From an uncultured cyanobacterium (GTDB lineage: Bacteria > Cyanobacteriota > Cyanobacteriia > Cyanobacteriales > CAWUOF01), in assembly GCA_963744145.1 (NCBI GenBank), contig CAVUSO010000001.1:4160001-4224000 (forward strand): a stretch of DNA of 64,000 bases. Reading direction: 5' to 3'. Positions 61,448 to 64,000 of this stretch are shown in pieces (position 1 is the stretch's first letter; every line of letters begins with the position of its first letter). Under the pieces are notes generated by a model. It was not told the origin of the DNA. It did no database searches and saw only the letters and a list, made by a program, of their open reading frames with translations. The position numbers were made by a program, and so were the translations under genes.

Positions 61448-61521
61448 TGGCTCAAGGCAGATTTGAACTGCCGACCTTGGGCTTATGAGTCCCCTGCTCT
61501 AACCAACTGAGCTACTGAGCC
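61448..61521 (-). tRNA. tRNA-Met (CAT)
   Basis: Reverse complement GGCTCAGTAGCTCAGTTGGTTAGAGCAGGGGACTCATAAGCCCAAGGTCGGCAGTTCAAATCTGCCTTGAGCCA folds as a cloverleaf with CAT anticodon; elongator assignment is inference. Confidence 0.93.
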
Positions 61522-61664
61522 TTTTTTTCATGCTTTCACAGCATAACACATCTAATCGGCGATCGCTACCCCTAATTTAAAAAAAATTCCCAAGGGCCAA
61601 AAATCTATGTTTGCCAATATCTTATCCTAGAAGAAGAACGATTTGCAGCTATCCTGAAAAACTT

Positions 61665-62033
61665 ATGAGTCTGAATGTAGTCACCTTAGTCGGTCGTGTC
61701 GGTGGAGAACCAGATGTCAAATACTTCGAGTCTGGTGCAGTTAAGTGTAAATTAACCTTGGCAGTCAACCGCATCAGTCGCAATAGCGATCAACCAGACT
61801 GGTTTAATCTGGAAATATGGGGCAAAACCGCCGAAATCGCGGCTAACTATGTCCACAAAGGTAGTTTGATCGGAGTAAAAGGTTCTTTAAAAATTGAGAG
61901 TTGGAGCGATCGCAACACCGGACAACAACGCTCAACACCAATCATTAAAGTAGAAAAGTTGGATCTATTAGGTTCTAAACGGGATAACGAAAACAATGCT
62001 GGTTATCAGAACGAGAACCCGGACAATTTTTAA
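61665..62033 (+). CDS. ssb: Single-stranded DNA-binding protein
   Basis: 'MSLNVVTLVGRVG', 'DWFNLEIWGKTAE', acidic tail ending in F. Confidence 0.93.
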   Translation: MSLNVVTLVGRVGGEPDVKYFESGAVKCKLTLAVNRISRNSDQPDWFNLEIWGKTAEIAANYVHKGSLIGVKGSLKIESWSDRNTGQQRSTPIIKVEKLDLLGSKRDNENNAGYQNENPDNF

Positions 62034-62076
62034 TTTTGTGGTCAATCCGAACCAGATTTAACCTAGTACAGTCTGA

Positions 62077-62604
62077 AAAGAACATTTGTGGGACAGGCAT
62101 CTTGCCTGTCAATAACATAGATCAATAAGGTTATTTGCAGGTTTAGCCTACTGTCTAGCTTTATAATTTTGAGACTAGACCTCTTGCAAAAATAAATAGG
62201 ACAGGCAAGATGCCTGTCCCACCAGAATAAAGAACATTTGTGGGACAGGCATCTTGCCTGTCAATAACATAGATCAATAAGGTTATTTGCAGGTTTAGCC
62301 TACTGTCTAGCTTTATAATTTTGAGACTAGACCTCTTGCAAAAATAAATAGGACAGGCAAGATGCCTGTCCCACCAGAATAAAGAACATTTGTGGGACAG
62401 GCATCTTGCCTGTCAATAACATAGATCAATAAGGTTATTTGCAGGTTTAGCCTACTGTCTAGCTTTATAATTTTGAGACTAGACCTCTTGCAAAAATAAA
62501 TAGGACAGGCAAGATGCCTGTCCCACCAGAATAAAGAACATTTGTGGGACAGGCATCTTGCCTGTCAATAACATAGATCAATAAGGACTTTTGCAAGAGG
62601 TCTA
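62077..62604. repeat. Tandem array, period 152 bp (~3.4 copies), of a hairpin MITE; last copy complete
   Basis: AAAGAACATTTGTGGG recurs at 62077, 62229, 62381, 62533; TAGACCTCTTGCAAAA (62480-62495) / TTTTGCAAGAGGTCTA (62589-62604) perfect 16-bp TIR. Confidence 0.93.
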
Positions 62605-62634
62605 CTGTCTCCCTACGAATATAAAAATAAATTA

Positions 62635-63642
62635 ATGACTAGGCAAAGAGTTCTTTCTGGAGTTCAACCAACTGGTAATCTGCACTTGGGTAACTATTTG
62701 GGAGCGATCCGGAACTGGGTTGAAGGTCAACATCAGTATGAAAATTTCTTCTGTGTAGTAGATTTACACGCGATCACAGCTCCTCATAATCCAGCTACTC
62801 TTGCTGCGGACACCCACACGATCGCTGCACTCTATTTAGCTTGTGGGATTGATTTAGCATACTCCCATATTTTCATTCAATCCCATATCTCCGCCCATAG
62901 TGAACTAGCTTGGTTATTTAACTGCATCACACCCATCAACTGGCTCACCGACATGATCCAGTTTAAAGAAAAAGCCATCAAGCAAGGAGAAAACGTTAAT
63001 ACTGGTTTACTTGATTATCCAGTTTTGATGGCAGCAGATATATTACTCTACCAAGCTGACAAAGTGCCTGTAGGAGAAGATCAAAAGCAACACTTAGAGC
63101 TAACTAGGGACATTGCAGCCCGATTTAACCATCAATTTGCTCAGAATAAACCAGTATTAAAACTCCCGGAGCCCTTAATTCGGAGGGAGGGAGCGCGAGT
63201 CATGAGTTTAACCGATGGGACTCGCAAAATGTCTAAGTCTGACCCTTCTGAATTAAGTCGGATTAATCTCCTTGATTCACCAGAAGAAATCCAGAAAAAA
63301 ATTAAACGCTGCAAAACTGACCCGATTCGCGGTTTAACCTTTGATGATCCAGAACGTCCGGAAAGTAAAAATTTACTTACCTTATATATGCTCCTGTCGG
63401 GTAAAACTAAGGAAACTGTCATCGCTGAATGTCAAGACATGGGTTGGGGACAATTCAAACCATTGCTGACAGAAACTACTATTACAGCTCTGACTCCGAT
63501 TCAACAAAAATATCGGGAAATTAGGGATGATCCGGGGTATCTAGCATCTGTACTACGACAAGGAAGAGAAAATGCAGCCGCGATCGCGAATGATACCCTG
63601 GCTCAAGTAAAAGCTGCGATGGGTTATGCAGTACCACTTTAA
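62635..63642 (+). CDS. trpS: Tryptophan--tRNA ligase
   Basis: 'QPTGNLHLGNYLGA', 'VPVGEDQKQHLE', 'KMSKS'. Confidence 0.97.
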   Translation: MTRQRVLSGVQPTGNLHLGNYLGAIRNWVEGQHQYENFFCVVDLHAITAPHNPATLAADTHTIAALYLACGIDLAYSHIFIQSHISAHSELAWLFNCITPINWLTDMIQFKEKAIKQGENVNTGLLDYPVLMAADILLYQADKVPVGEDQKQHLELTRDIAARFNHQFAQNKPVLKLPEPLIRREGARVMSLTDGTRKMSKSDPSELSRINLLDSPEEIQKKIKRCKTDPIRGLTFDDPERPESKNLLTLYMLLSGKTKETVIAECQDMGWGQFKPLLTETTITALTPIQQKYREIRDDPGYLASVLRQGRENAAAIANDTLAQVKAAMGYAVPL

Positions 63643-63713
63643 AAGCAAAAGGAAACAAAACTATCCTTGATCTACATCAATTCTAGCAATAGCCAATTTG
63701 CGGATTAAATTTC

Positions 63714-64000
63714 ATGTCAACTTTTAGTGATTCCCCCCCATCTTTGTTACCTGGACATCGGTTTCGGACTGCGGTCCAAACCGGTGAATTTTTAATCACT
63801 GCGGAAATTTCACCTCCGAAAGGTGGAAATGTCGCGGAAATGGTGAAAATGGGGCAACTAATCAAAGATCGAGTTCATGCTGTCAATATTACTGATGGTA
63901 GTCGTGCTGTTTTACGGATGTGCCCTTTAGCAGCTTCAATTATTTTATGGCAACATGGCATTGAGCCGATTTGTCAGGTCGCTTGTCGCGATCGCAATTC
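63714..64000 (+). CDS. metF: Methylenetetrahydrofolate reductase, 5' part (runs off the window)
   Basis: Translates ..FLITAEISPPKGG..HAVNITDGSRAVLRM..IEPICQVACRDRN. Confidence 0.85.
   Translation, partial: MSTFSDSPPSLLPGHRFRTAVQTGEFLITAEISPPKGGNVAEMVKMGQLIKDRVHAVNITDGSRAVLRMCPLAASIILWQHGIEPICQVACRDRN

Noticed and set aside
62077..62604. CRISPR array interpretation of the 152-bp repeats
   Set aside because: Intervening sequences are identical between units and TIRs indicate a MITE
1..64000. Frequent GCGATCGC octamers
   Set aside because: Known cyanobacterial HIP1; used only as a taxonomic and foreign-DNA cue

Overview
Low-GC cyanobacterial chromosome segment: the HIP1 octamer GCGATCGC is frequent, and apcD, psbM and chlD are present. 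The left half (1-33.2 kb) is a signalling island. It holds an MBOAT gene and an IS5-like element inserted in codon 5 of a REC-wHTH-HPt-REC-REC-GGDEF regulator. Next come a UPF0175/DUF3368 toxin-antitoxin pair bracketed by 18-bp direct repeats and two PAS histidine kinases. A ~20-kb minus-strand Wsp-like chemosensory cluster follows (six MCPs, two CheW, hybrid CheA, no CheR/CheB), continuing into a REC-PP2C / kinase-like / STAS-like partner-switch module and an MscS channel. The right half is mostly housekeeping (chlD, rlmD, apcD, frameshifted tolC, ferredoxin, psbM, rnj, dapA, asd, tig-clpP-clpX, tRNA-Met, ssb, trpS, partial metF). It also carries a STAND-TPR gene, an AAA-ATPase + TOPRIM-like (DUF3226-like) pair and two tandem arrays of hairpin elements. 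One array is 5 x ~310 bp, each unit carrying the first 9 codons of a rubredoxin gene; the other is ~3.4 x 152 bp of a MITE. All calls come from reading the sequence and recalling family motifs; no database searches were run.
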